This document shows, in pieces, positions 11,146-24,640 of a DNA stretch of 64,000 nucleotides (position 1 is the first letter of the stretch; every line of letters starts with the position of its first letter). The notes under the pieces were generated by a model. That model searched no databases, was not told the origin of the DNA, and saw nothing but the letters and a program-made list of their open reading frames with translations. Both the position numbers and the translations under genes were made by a program. This DNA is from Thalia democratica (lineage: Eukaryota), in assembly GCA_965202585.1 (NCBI GenBank), contig OZ241826.1, positions 69,130,001-69,194,000 of the forward strand, written 5' to 3'.

Positions 11146-14100
11146 CTCTATAAAAACCTATAGAACTCGCCAACTTTTAATGCTTATCTTAAAAGTTTAT
11201 TTAAATTTTTTTAAGCGGTAAAAAGTGTCCGATAACTGTGATAGAATTCTACAAAGTAAAATCAACTTGTAAAAAATAAGCTCAATCTCCCTATGACCTT
11301 AATCATCTGACAGCAAACTGCGGCCTACGGCATACTTAAAAGCTAAAAAATACTTATTACAACAATTGTTATAAAAGTTTTCGTACAGAACTAACAATGC
11401 AGCTCTTAATCTAGTTGTTATTCTTTTTTCTATACTATTACTTCTTTTATTATATTTTTGATTAAGAAGAACAGTTTTGAATTGACTAATAGAATCATTT
11501 TGAATTAATTTGGGCCCATTAAAGACTTTTTTCTATACAGCGCGGCCTGCAAACAACTTTTTATAGAAAAACTGGCCCGCGACTTATAAAAGGCTGCTGC
11601 CTCCTGAAGTATATATAAAAAATCTGTAAGCTGCAAACCTAGGGCGCTTCTGATTGGTTAATGTTTTACTTATTGAAAAGTCAATTAAGTCCTTAAACTT
11701 GTAACTAAGCATTTAAAGTATCTAGTGAGTATCTTTATGACGTTTTCACCAAACTGATATTCAAAACATATTTTGAAACAAAAAACATAAAAACAAACTG
11801 TAACAAGTGTTTTTATACTTTGATTGCATTCCAATTACTAAAATCAATATGCCAAGTGGTCAAAAGACTTCGGATTTTCTTGATCAAATCATGAAACGAA
11901 TGGACGAGACAATTGGGTCGATCGGCGCATCTAAACAAGTTCCTAAAGTCGAAGAACTTCCTAAGGAGGGACCTGAAGATCGTGAAAGGCTTGTTCTAAG
12001 GTTCTATCGATTCGAGGCCCCAATTGTCAACTGCGCGAACAAAGAAGAGCTGCTGGAACATTTTGAGAAAAGGTGCGAGTGGAAGGTTATGCTCCCTTCA
12101 GCTCTTCAAAACAATGAGCCCAAGGAAAACATCAAAAGTGAAAAAGTCAGGTCTGATGAGATAATGTTTACTCTGGACGAAGTTTTAAAGCCGTGGTCGA
12201 AGGCGAGCATGGAGAAGATGCGAATGATGAAGGAAAGAGAGCAGGCAGAGGTGACGCGACTGTGCAGGCCGGATTAAGAATGCGACCCGGAAATCAAGAC
12301 AACGCAGAGCAGGTTCCTTTCAGACGCGGAACTTTTCAAGCCGTGCGCGAGCACCACGCAAAAGAAACGGGTCTCAAAGTACTCAAAACTCGAGGAAGGA
12401 GGGAACAAGAAAGCTGTGCTAAAAGAAGATGTTTCTTCAAAAAATCCGATTGTTGCGAAGCGTAACATTTTCGGTTTCAACAGGAGCAAAAAGAGTCTTC
12501 GGGAGTTTGTCGCCAGCAAGAGTGGGTTTAAAAAGTTCAACACCAACAGAAGCAAAGCTTGCAACAATTTGAAAGCTCCTTCTAAAGTGAAAAGACAGCT
12601 GGCTTACAAAAACTCTCAGTTACAATACAGCAAACAAAGTTCCGAGCAAGAAGACCGGGAAAGGGCTTACAAAAAATGTCGTTTGTCATACAGCACAATC
12701 TGAACAAGCAAATGACGAAATATAAGAGCGACCAAAACCCATGCAAGCCTGATTTCACTTGCCGGACTAAAACGAGGCCAAGCTGTTTCAACCCACGAAA
12801 ACGAAAATGTGAATGGTTAGAAGAAAGAACTGATAAAAAGCGTGCTATTGAAAATAAGTTCAATTCCCAGGCAAATGTGAAACAAACTTCTACAAAACCG
12901 ATCGATGCAAAATATGAGAAGAGTTTGAAAAGTTTTATGGACAACACTAAAGCAAATTTGGTTAAATACCAGAAATCCTCTACAAAATTGATTGGATTTG
13001 TTCCTCTGACCAGTTCTCGCAGGCGAAAGTTTAAGTCTAAGATCTTGTTCAGAAAAAACAAGTTAGTTAAAGAACGTTGTAAATTTTAAAGTTGTTATTA
13101 AAATTGAAATAATTTTTACTTATTCAAAATTGAATTTCAGTAAGAGTAAAGTATAAGTATTTTATTCAGATAAGTTGTTTGTTTAATTTATTTTTTAGTT
13201 AATCTTATTCAGAAATACTACCCTTTTTTTTTTGTAAAAAAAACTTTGTTCCTAAAAAAAAACTATATGTTAAATGATAAACAGTTGTTGCAAGTAGTTT
13301 TTGAGTTGAAAAATTTTTAGAAAATATTAGTTTTTGATTTAAAATGTTAGTGTCAGGTTTAAATAATTTACTTCATTGCTTTTTTTCACGTTTAATTTAT
13401 TTCTAATTAACATTTTCAAATGTTAGTGTCAGATTTTAAAATTCCAGGTTTTTAAATAATATTTTTTAATGTTAGTGTCAGGTTTAATACACTAGGTTTT
13501 TTAAGGAAATACTTTTAAAAATTAGTTTCAGGTTACTTTTTAAAAGTCAGGTAAACTCAGGTAAAGTCAGGTGGTGAGGTTTACAGCTTTAAAATACCAT
13601 TAAGGTATTTTAAAGCTGTGAAAAGTGCACACTTAATAACAACTGAAGATAAAAAAGTATGCATCAACTAACTTTAATAATTTTCAATTGATATTATTTC
13701 CTTCACGTGGTCCTCGCTGTAAGTAGAGTGTTACAAATATTAATTAAAAACATAAATGGTTAATGTTTTTGAACTTGTTTTTAACACTTGAAACTAAAGT
13801 GCACAGTTATTTGTTTTACATTCTCAAGTACTAACTTTAAATTAAAACTACTTAAAATATGATTTAAATTAGAAAAAAGATACCTATTTTTAATAAAATG
13901 AAGTTTTATCATTTTTAAATTTGGTCAACTGTAGCTAAGTTTATGAGTTTTGGCCATTTAGGGGTCTTTTTTTTTTCACAAAAAAAACGATGGTTACTAA
14001 ACAAAATGATTTTAAAGCATATAGATTAAACAACTAATTTTTAAGAATAATTAATTAGTTTGTATAATCTGTAATAGGTGTCTTTTATTAAACGTACACT

Positions 14101-14292
14101 TTTTCATAATTAAATATTTGCAATGGTATGTAATGCAGGGGCGTGTTTAGATTGGTTTCCTGTTTCAAAAAAAAATTTAAAAATTTTACTAAAATTGTTG
14201 TTTATTGACTTTGTTCTGGTTATTTGTTTTGGATTAGACTAAATTAAAGTTTTCGAAAAAACGTTAATACAAGAATTTCATATAGTCGTTAA
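11146..14292 (+). repeat. Tandem unit U2, 5'-truncated, followed by junction J
   Basis: Joins the unit sequence at ctataaaaacctatagaactcgccaac (cf. ~32995); continues through the ORF to aatg|caggggcg (14136), the same junction seen after U3 (36038). Confidence 0.85.
11849..13089 (+). pseudogene. Orphan gene copy U2, disrupted
   Basis: Same TAA stop (12275-12277) and same net 4-nt loss as U1. Confidence 0.85.
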
Positions 14293-14989
14293 CAACTCCA
14301 AAATGATATTTGCAAATTAAAAAATGAATACACTGAGAAAAGCTTGAGTCTAGAACAGGGGTCGGCAAACTGCGGCCCGCGGGCCAATTGCGGCCCTCGA
14401 AGGGTAAATCTGCGGCCCGCGAGCACGTTTTTTTTTTTGAATGGAATGCGGCCCGCGAAATAAATATTTGTGGCCCGCGAGCATGGTAATGTGGCCCGCT
14501 AAGCAATAATATGTTTTAAGTTAAATTTTTACTGGTAATTTAGTTTTGTTTTATTTCGTTTTAAGTTCATGTATAACATTTTTAAATAATAAAAAGACTT
14601 TACTGTATTAGTTTAAAAATGTGAAAAAAACAGATTAGCTTTGTAACAGGGTATTTTGTCATTTTCATAATAGCTTTCTTCTTACAACAGCAAGTAATTA
14701 TTTGAAATAAGAGTGTAAAGAATGCTTATATTTAGTAAGTCAGTTATATAATAGCTACTTGGTAAATAAACCAAATGCAAATGTTTTTCATTTTGCACAA
14801 AAGTATGCACAATAATTAAATAAAATAGCATTTCTTTTCTTTACCGTTTAGATATTCATTTTAAATATATTTTATACCTAAGTTTCTTTTATAGATGTAC
14901 TATTACTGAATATTATGTTTAAGTGTACACAAATACATTAAATATAACATAATAATAAGAAATAAGGCTTATTTGATTTTGGTTTTAAC

Positions 14990-16766
14990 TAGTGATGTAC
15001 CGGACTCACTATCCGGGTCCTGGTCCGGCCGGATATTGCCATTTTTGTCTGATATCCGGATCCGGCCGGATTCTAATTTGAAAAAAAAGTCCGGATCCGG
15101 TTCCGGCCGGACTCTAATTTGAAAAAAAAGTCCGGATCCGGTTCCGGCCGGATTCTAATTTGAAAAAAAAGTCCGGATCCGGGTCCGGCCGGATCCTAAC
15201 AGAGATCCGGCCGGACCCGGATCTAATTAGTAAAAAAGAGCATACTGAAAAGTATTTTTTCAAAAACAAACCCTGTGAAAATTAATAAGAGTCATTTTCG
15301 TCAGTTAAAATTAAACACCTACCGTGATTGGCTCATTTTGTACACGTGACTAATTTACATTTGTTTACATTTAAACTATAAATAAGCATTTCATGAAATG
15401 CAACTCTTTACATATGTTGTAAAATTGAAAACTTTGGAATGAATACTTGCATTATTTATTGTTTAAAGTTGAGCTCAGAGAATATTTAGAGTTAACACGG
15501 TTGAATGTACGAGCCAATGAGAATCATATGACGAAATGTTTCAAACTAAGTACTGATGCAACAAAACATCAGAACATGACAGGCAGTTTATATGTAAGCA
15601 GTTAGTTAGTTTGGTGTGTAGCTTGAAGCAACAAAATATCTTGAACGTTTTTGTGAATGCTTATTGTAAGTAGTGTTTCGTCTTAAAAGTGAATATTTCA
15701 ACAGGTGTTTAATTGTTTAAATATTTAAGCCACGTTTATAGCTTAATAGTTGATTAAAAATTTTACAGTTTCTTGTTTACTAAAAGTTTTATTTAGTTTT
15801 TTGTTTTAAGTCTTTTGATATAGATTTAAATAGCTTCCAGTTTTTTAAGTGTTACCAAAGTAATTAATAATTTTGTATATGCTAGTATTTCTTGTTGTGT
15901 TTTATATAAAAGATTCATCACTCAAAACTGTTGTGTCTGATTATAGAAAGTAGTCTCAGTTAGAATATAGTATTTGTTAGATATTAATCAAATAAGGTAG
16001 GATTTAATTATGATGGGTAGTACTAATAAGTTAAGTGTACCACAATCAGTCCACAACTTTACTACCAAATTGTCAACTTTTGCTAGCTGTTCTACTGATT
16101 ATTAGATTAAAATAATTTTTCAGTTTTTAAAAACCTCATTCTGACTCAGGCTTGTTTATACTCACTATAGCTAGTTTTATTGACTTAAACAGTGGCAACC
16201 CTGCTAGTTTGAAAATTTTTGGGAATTTTAGAAAATCTTGGACTGTCTCAGGCTAGTTTAGTTTTTTATAAAAACTCAGGCTAGTTTTCTTTTAGATTTT
16301 GAATGAGTTTGAGCTGATCCAGTTTTCAATATTTTGTAATTTTCTAGTGTATTTTTTCAAGAACTTGATTTAAGATTTTTAATTGTAAATAGTACCTAAA
16401 TTTGTAAACCTTGTGGCTAGCTGTTCTACTTATTATTAGATTAAAGTTCTTTTTTTTCAGTTTTTAAAAACCTCATTCTGACTCAGGCTAGTTTATACTA
16501 GTGATGTACCGGACTCACTATCCGGGTCCGGCCGGATATTGCCATTTTTGTCTGATATCCGGATCCGGCCGGATTCTAATTTGAAAAAAAAGTCCAGATC
16601 CGGTTCCGGCCGGACTCTAATTTGAAAAAAAAGTCCGGGTCCGGTTCCGGCCGGATTCTAATTTGAAAAAAAAGTCCGGATCCGGTTCCGGCCGGATTCT
16701 AGTTTGAAAAAAAAGTCCGGATCCGGGTCCGGCCGGACCCGAAATTGTGGGTCCGGTACATCACTA
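14990..16766 (+). mobile_element. Composite non-autonomous hAT element, copy A
   Basis: TIRs tagtgatgtaccgga / tccggtacatcacta; TSD gttttaac (14982-14989, 16767-16774); 41-bp subterminal repeats; a second left TIR at 16499. Confidence 0.9.
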
Positions 16767-18996
16767 GTTTTAACACGTTTCGATTTTTTAGTAGTTGTTT
16801 TCACTTAAAATTAATTCCAATGCACACAAGTGTACAAAGATGCTCATATTTTAAACCACTTTTTATTTACTGCTTTAAGTTAGATTAAGTTTAGTTTATG
16901 CATAAATGTCTAACATTATTGTATCTAAATGTAATTTCTAAGTGTGTTCAGAAACATTTAAAACAATATATATGACATAAATTAAAATATTTTTGTTATG
17001 TACATATTTTTATTTTCAAAAGATGTTTTTAGGCAAATGAAGTTAATTGTTATGCATTGCATACTAATATAAACAATTGCTGTTTTTTGAAACTATCAAT
17101 TTATTACAAGCGAGATTCAAGGATGGTAAATTTATTAAGTTTGTACATTGTGAATCAAATAAGTTCAAAATTAATTTTATAAATAACTAAACATTGCTAC
17201 AAACTCAGACTATGACCATTTGAAGACTTTAAATCTCAGGCCAATTTAGTCTTTTTTTCAGTTATTTACTTGAATTGCTTTTTGTATACGAAAATATCAG
17301 GCTAGTTTTTTGTCACTAAGGCTGGCTTTTTTTCTTTAAAGAGTGGCAAATTAAATTTATGATGGATGTTTTGTTCAATACACAGTGTTGGTTTGAATTA
17401 TAATATATGTTAAATTTTAAATCTTGCAGCTGAAACAATTTGAAATACTGTTTATACTACTGTATATAAGTGTGAATAATCAGTGTTGCCAAAAAACTTG
17501 AGTCCCGGTAAATCTTGGAATCTGAAAATTTATACTTAAATAATCTGAAAAAAGTTTGAATTTGAGAATTTTTGAAAAACCTGGAATTTCAAACAATTTT
17601 TACATGTAAAGTAATGAATTTTGATTTGAAACAAAAATTTACCATATAAATATTTTTATTAAAAACCACATTTAAAGTAGCTTAAGAGCATCTTTTCAAA
17701 ATTGATACTATGTTTAAAAGATTTTTTTTACCTTTAGTTTAATTTTATACTGAAAACAGAAGAAAAAAATTGTACTTTCACAAACTTTATATTGGTGCAT
17801 TGCACCTTTGCTTTAAAAAATCTATTTACTTATTGCTGTGCTTTGCATTGGAACTAAACCTAGAAATTTTTCTAAAATTTCAAAATTAGTAAAAACAACT
17901 CAAATTAAAATTCTCATATAACAATATATGTTTTATCAGCGCTCTCATCTTAACAAATTGATTTAAGTCCTAATTTGATTTATGCTGCTTTATAATCTTC
18001 AGGCATTTCTTAAATACGACTTTTGTTGTCAGTAAAGAAATAAACAAAAATATTATACTACCGTCAACATAAATTCTTTTTTTTCGTTTCTTGCAATAAC
18101 TCCTAAATAACGTTTTTCAATACTTATAGCTCGTCTTATATTTCACATTTACTCTTTTCAAATGCAAGATTTTTATTGCAGATAAAGAATTGCTATAGAT
18201 CTTAATAAAAAGTTAGTTATTCTTCTTCATTAAAGGTTTAATAAGCTTTTATACTTTTGTTTAAAGTGTTTAATAAACCGTAATTGTCCATTGAAACTGA
18301 CTTGTAACACTTTTATTTGATTTATATTTAATTCACTGTTAATAAACTTCGTTATTTCTTTATTTTGTGAACTTTCTTTTAAACAAGCTTGCCAAACAAG
18401 TAGGCTAGTTTAAAAGTTTGAAGAATACAGACTAGGTTAAACTTGTTTAAGACATTTTTTGAAGACTCAGGTGTGTGTAAAACTTTTATTTTAAACACTT
18501 TGAATTTTCAGAATAGTTTTTACAACCGTAATGTAGTTTACTAAATGCATTTTTCTTTCTTGTCTTCTTACATATTGTGTACTTTTTTATAATGATGATA
18601 TTTCAATTAGGTATTTAAGCTTGATTAACACTAAGTTTTATGCTTTTTCAACTTTTAATTAACTTGGCTGGTTTGATAAAACTTAGACATTTTGCTGTTA
18701 AAGTGGCAACCATGTAAAATACTAATTAATTACTAATAAGGTATTTTATTAAAGTATTTGAGAGTTAATCATGTTAAAAAATTGTTTTATATTTTTACAT
18801 ACCAAATAGGTATTAGATTTATATTGTTAATTAACTACTGAATTTTTTAAAGAGTGTAAACTATTTTAGATACAATTTTTTTTTTTAATAAATATTTTTA
18901 GAAACATGAAAAAAGGGTTAATAGTACAAACAAGGCATAAAAGTGACCTCTAAAATGTTTTTAAGCTCGAATTTTTATACAGAGTTAGGTTATAAG

Positions 18997-20693
18997 TAGT
19001 GATGTACCGGACTCACTATCCGGGTCCGGGTCCGGCCGGATATTGCCATTCTTGTCTGATATCCGGATCCGGCCGGATTCTAATTTGAAAAAAAAGTCCG
19101 GATCCGGTTCCGGCCGGATTCTAATTTGAAAAAAAAGTCCGTGTCCGGTACCGGCTGGATTCTAATTTGAAAAAAAAAGTCCGGGTCCGGCCGGATCTAA
19201 TTAGTAAAAAAGAGCATACTGAAAAGTATTTTTTCATAAACAAACCCTGTGTAAATTAATAAGAGTCATTTTCGTCAGTTAAAATTAAGCACCTACCGTG
19301 ATTGGCTCATTTTGTACACGTGACTAATTTACATTTGTTTACATTTAAACTATGAAATAAAAATTTCATGAAATGCAACTCTTTACATATGTTGTAAAAT
19401 TGAAAACTTTTGAATGAATACTTGCACTATTTATTGTTTAAAATTGAGCTCAGAAAATATTTAGAGTTAATACGGTTGAATGTACGAGCCAATGAGAATC
19501 ATATGACGAAATTTTCAAACTAAATACTGATGTAACAAAACATCAGAACATGACAGGCAGTTTATATGTAAGCAGTTAGTTAGTTTGGTGTGTAGCAATG
19601 TAGCTTGAAGCAACAAAATATCTTGAACGTTTTTATGCATGCTTATTGTAAGTAAAGTTTTGTTTTAAAAGTGAATATTTCAACAGTTGTTTAATTGTTT
19701 AAATATAAAAGCCAGGTTTATAGTTTAAAAGTTTATTAAAAATTTTACAGTTTCTTGTTTACTAAAAGTTTTATTTAATTTTTAGTTTTTTGTTTTAAGT
19801 CTTTTGATATAGATTTAAACAGCTTCCAGTTTTTAAAGTGTTACCAAAGTAATTAATAATTTTTTGTATGCTAGTATTTCTTGTTGTGTTTTATATAAAA
19901 GATTCACAACTCAAAACTGTAGTGTCTGATTATAGAAAGTAGTCTCAGTTAGAATTTAGTATTTGTTAGATATTAATTAAATAAGGTAGGATTTAATTAT
20001 GATGGGTAGTACTAATAAGTTAAGTGTACCACAATCAGTCCACAACTTTACTACCAAATTGTCAACCTTTGCTAGCTGTTCTACTGATTATTAGATTAAA
20101 GTAATTTTTTCACTTTTTAAAAACCTCATTCTGACTCAGGCTTGTTTATACTCACTCTAGCTAGTTTTATTGACTTAAACAGTGGCAACCCTGCTAGTTT
20201 GAAAATTTTTGGGAATTTTAGAAAACCTTGGACTGCCTCAGGCTAGTTTAGTTTTTTATAAAAACTCAGGCTAGTTTTCTTTTAGATTTTGAATGAGTTT
20301 GAGCTGATCCAGTTTTCAATATTTTGTAATTTTCTAGTGCATTTTGTTCAAGAACTTGATTTCAGATTTTTAATTGTAAATAACACCTAAATTTGTAAAC
20401 CTTGTGGCTAGCTGTTCTACTTATTATTAGATTAAAATTTTATTATTTTCAGTTTTTAAAAACCTCATTCTGACTCAGGCTAGTTTATACTAGTGATGTA
20501 CCGGACTCACTATCCGGGTCCGGCCGGATATTGCCATTTTTGTCTGATATCCGGATCCGGCCGGATTCTAATTTGAAAAAAAAGTCCGGATCCGGTTCCG
20601 GCCGGACTCTAATTTGAAAAAAAAGTCCGGATCCGGTTCCGGCCGGATTCTAATTTGAAAAAAAAGTCCGGATCCGGGTCCGGTACATCACTA
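18997..20693 (+). mobile_element. Composite non-autonomous hAT element, copy B
   Basis: Same TIRs; TSD gttataag (18989-18996, 20694-20701); colinear with copy A. Confidence 0.9.
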
Positions 20694-21006
20694 GTTATAA
20701 GTAAAATTACAAAATATTAGGTTTAACCTATTAGTCTTTAAGAAAGTACATAGTTTATTAAGACTTAAGTACATTAGTCAATGTAAATTTTATTCTATAA
20801 AGTATTTATAATTTAAATAGACATTCTCTGTATATCTAAAATTAATTTTAAATATCAAAGTGAAAAAAATTAAAACTTTCTCTAGTAAGACTAAAAGCAA
20901 AATATTATTCAAATGTCACTAAAACTAAAACTGCGGCCCGCGAAGACTTTGAAAACTTGAAATTTGGCCCGCGAGCACCAACTGCCTGCCGACCCCTGGT
21001 CTAGAA

Positions 21007-21753
21007 CAAAGGTTGGTTGAGTTGAAAAATGATGATTGCACATGTGAAAAAAGTCTTAGCCTTGACAAAAATTATACTGTAATCGAACAAAAAATTAGTG
21101 ATCTACAGACATCATTCCTACAGTTTAAACAAGAATTTTCTACAAAATTTGATAAGTTCCAAACAAAGTTTCTGACCTACGCTGATACAGTTCGATTGAA
21201 CAAACCAGCTGAGTTTTTCACAGATATAAGTACAAAATTGAGTTTGGTTACCAAAAAAATTGAAGCTCAAAGTGATGAAAAATTAAAAGAAAAAAAGGCA
21301 CTCAATGTAATTGTATTCAATATTCCAGAATCAGAAAATCCTAGTAGCTCACTTGAAAATTCAAAAAAAGATTTAAATACTATTCAAGAAAATTTGGAAG
21401 TACATAAAATTATCAAATCTGAATTCAACTCATTGTACAGAATTGGAAAAATTATCAAGAATAAATGCAGACCAATTATAATTAAGCTCAACAGTTTGGA
21501 AGCTAAGCAGAGACTTTTAAAGTTGAGAAATTTAAAAGTTATTAGGAAAGGAAAAGAAAACGCAATATATATTAATCCTGATAGAACGGCTTCAGAGCTA
21601 TTGGCTTTTAAAAAATTGCGAGAAGAGTTAAAAATAAAACAAAAACTAGCTGATGATAAAAATCTGAGAGTACAATATGTAATAAGAAACAACAGAATAG
21701 TTGAGAAAATACAGCAGCCCTTTTGTTACACCACCCTGGAACTCTGGGGTTAG
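21007..21753 (+). pseudogene. LINE ORF1 (3' part; 5' part at 14293-14355)
   Basis: Coiled-coil-like N-terminal part, then KALNVIVFNIPE, RIG, RPIIIK and IYINPDRT motifs typical of CR1/L2-group ORF1. Confidence 0.75.
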
Positions 21754-21899
21754 TGTTAGTTGTAACAACTTTGTTAAAAACTTTAATATATTTAGTCAAT
21801 CTGTTAATTCTGATGGTAATTGTAGTGATTTTCTTCTTAATAATAGTACTGTTAGTTCTTTAAAAAATAGGTGTAGAGAAGCCTTAAACACAAATTTTC

Positions 21900-24640
21900 T
21901 CAATAGGTCAAAGTCTAGTAAAAATTTTATAATAAAAGTTTCCTATACAAATATTAGATCTATCTTAAACAAAATAAGTTTTGTTGAGTTTCATATGTGC
22001 ACAAACAACATAGACTTATTTTTCTTTACTGAAACATGGTTAAATCCTAACATTATCAATTCTTTTTTTTTGTCCATCTGGTTATAACGTTATTCGCAAT
22101 GATAGATTGAGCAGGGGGGGAGGCGTTGCTGTTTTTGTTAAAAATTATTTAAAAGTTATTGAAGTTAAAAGTGAATTTATTGCTTTTGACGGTTTTGAAT
22201 TTATATGCTTTGATTTAATTCTCAACGGATTAAAGTTAAGATTTCTATGTATTTATATTCCTCCAAATCTTACTAAATCTATAAAAATTATATCAAACAT
22301 GATTGACCTTATTAAACATTTCACACCAAAAATTTTTTCTTTCTATATTATTGGTGACTTTAAATTTCCCAATATTGATTGGAGTATTCCGAGCTCAACT
22401 TTCAATGAATGTAATAAAAATTTTATTAAGTTTTGTTCAGAAAACTGTTTATTCAAATTATTGATTCACCTACACATAAAGACGGTGGTATTCTCGATTT
22501 AGTGCTTTGTAATTGCATGGGGTTGGATAGAATTAAATTTCATTCAGTAGATTCACCTTTAACTAATACTAATAACCATTCCCTTATATCTTTTGGCATT
22601 AGTGTTAAAAAGAGCATGAAATCAGCTACTGTGACACTTTACCCAGATTTTTCCAGAGCGGATTTTAAGTGTATTAACTAATATTTGTCAAGTATAGATT
22701 GGAAATTTATTTATAATAAATCAGAGAATTTACAGGAGATTTATGATAAATTTGTTAACATTATTAATCTTACAATCAAAAAATTTGTACCCTTGAAGAA
22801 AAAAAATAGAAAACGTAAGATATATCCTTCTAATTTAAAAAAGCTACTAAAAGAAAAGCAAAAACTATACAAAAAATGCAAGTTAGATCAGCAGATTACT
22901 GAAAAATACAAGCTAGTTTCAAAGGCATACGAAAAAGCTGTAAAAAATTTCGACATACAACATGAAAAAAGCTTCTGTGAAAATACTAATTCAATAAATT
23001 TTTATTCTTTTGTAAAATCAAAGCTAAATCTATCACCTTCCTTTCCTCTTTTACTTGATGAAAATAACTTACCTTTAATTTCTGACTTTGATAAAGCCTC
23101 TTATTTTAACAAATCATTCCAAAAAGTATTTAGTAAAGATTATGAAGATGAACATTTTATACTTATTGATAAGAGTTGTCCTGAAATGCAGGATTTTTTT
23201 ATTAGTAATAATGAAATAATTGAATATGTAAATCATTTAAAAGATAAAATACTCAGAACAGCAGAAATTTTCCCTTGTAATTTTTAAAACGAACTATTTG
23301 CTCTCTCATTTTTCCAATCTCGTTTATTTTAAATTGCTCTTTAGCTATATCTTTCACACCAAGGCAATGGAAAATATCTTATATTATACCAATATTCAAA
23401 AAGGGGAAAGAAAAATAATCCATTAAACTATAGACCAATTTCACTAACTAGTAGCTTTTGCAGATCTTTTGAACATATAATTTCATTAAAAATACTTAAT
23501 CATCTTTTCTTAAATAATCTTATTTCTCCGAAACAATTTGGTTTTCTTCCTAAACGAACTTCATGTATTCAATTATTGGATTGCCTTCATTCATGGTTAG
23601 TATCTTTTCTTACCAATAAATCTATCAATGTAATTTATACAGACATTCAGAAAGCGTTTGACTCTGTCTCTCATTTTAAGTTAATTAAAACTTTATCTCA
23701 ATACAAAATTGATAGAAATCTAGTTGAATGGTTCAAAGAATTTCTTCAGGAAAGAACACAAAGAGTAGTTATCGGTAACACGTTCTCAGAATCCTTACCA
23801 ATTTTTAGTGCAGTTCCGCAAGGAGGGGTTATAGGCCCACTGTTATTTATAATTTATATAAATGATATAGCCTTAGAGGTTGATTCTAATAGCAACATTA
23901 AGCTTTTTGCAGACGACACAAAAATATTTAGCCAATCTAACTTAGTTTTACAAAAATCTACCATTGGTTAAAAGAAAGGAGATTAAACCTAAATCCCAGC
24001 AAATGTCGTGTTTTAAATATTCGCAAAAGTACACCTATTCCAACGTTTGATTTTAAAATAAACAATGCAATCTTACCTAAAACTGAAGTATTTAAAGACC
24101 TTGGAATTTTTATTTTAGATAATTTAAAATGGAACCATCACATTAATTATATTTACCGTACTGCATCAATTTTATCTTTTCAAGTTCTAAAAAGCTTTAT
24201 ATCTACGGATTTGGTAATTCTTAAAAAACTGTACCTAGTTTACATCCGTCCTAAGATGGAATACAACACACCTTTATGGTCTCCATATTCTATAAAAGAC
24301 ATCAACCAACTAGAATCTAATCAAAGAAAATTTACGAGATTAATCTTTAATCGGTGCAACATTTCATATACGTCTTACATAGACAGACTAACAAAGCTTA
24401 ACATAAAAACTTTAGAGTACAGAAGACTTGAATTTGATCTCATTACTTTTTTTAAACTGATTAACAATGAAACTACTATTGATTCTCAAACTTTCTTTAA
24501 ACCTTATGAAAATAATTACTCACTCAGAGGTAATAATAGAAAATATACATGCAAATATCATTTCAACTATGTTGGTTGGCACAAATCTTTTTTCTATAGT
24601 TCAGTAAAATGTGGAACAAACTTCCAAATGAACTAGTATC
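21900..24640 (+). pseudogene. LINE ORF2, APE endonuclease plus reverse transcriptase, frameshifted
   Basis: EN motifs YTNIRSILNK, FTETWL, RGGGVAVFVK, IGDF and THKDGGILDLVL; RT motifs YRPISLTS, YTDIQKAFDSVSH, VPQGGVIGPLLFIIYIND and LFADDTK. Confidence 0.9.

Larger units (their letters stand above)
14356..20998 (+). mobile_element. Non-autonomous hAT (Charlie-like) element, ~3.15 kb without its two nested inserts
   Basis: TIRs caggggtcggca / tgccgacccctg; perfect 8-bp TSD gtctagaa (14348-14355, 20999-21006), matching the known NTCTAGAN target preference of Charlie/MER1-type elements. Confidence 0.9.

Noticed and set aside
15000-15230. Regular 41-bp GC-rich repeats that could be read as a CRISPR array
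   Set aside because: The repeats are head-to-tail with no unique spacers, lie inside TIR/TSD-bounded hAT elements, and no cas genes are present in this eukaryotic DNA.
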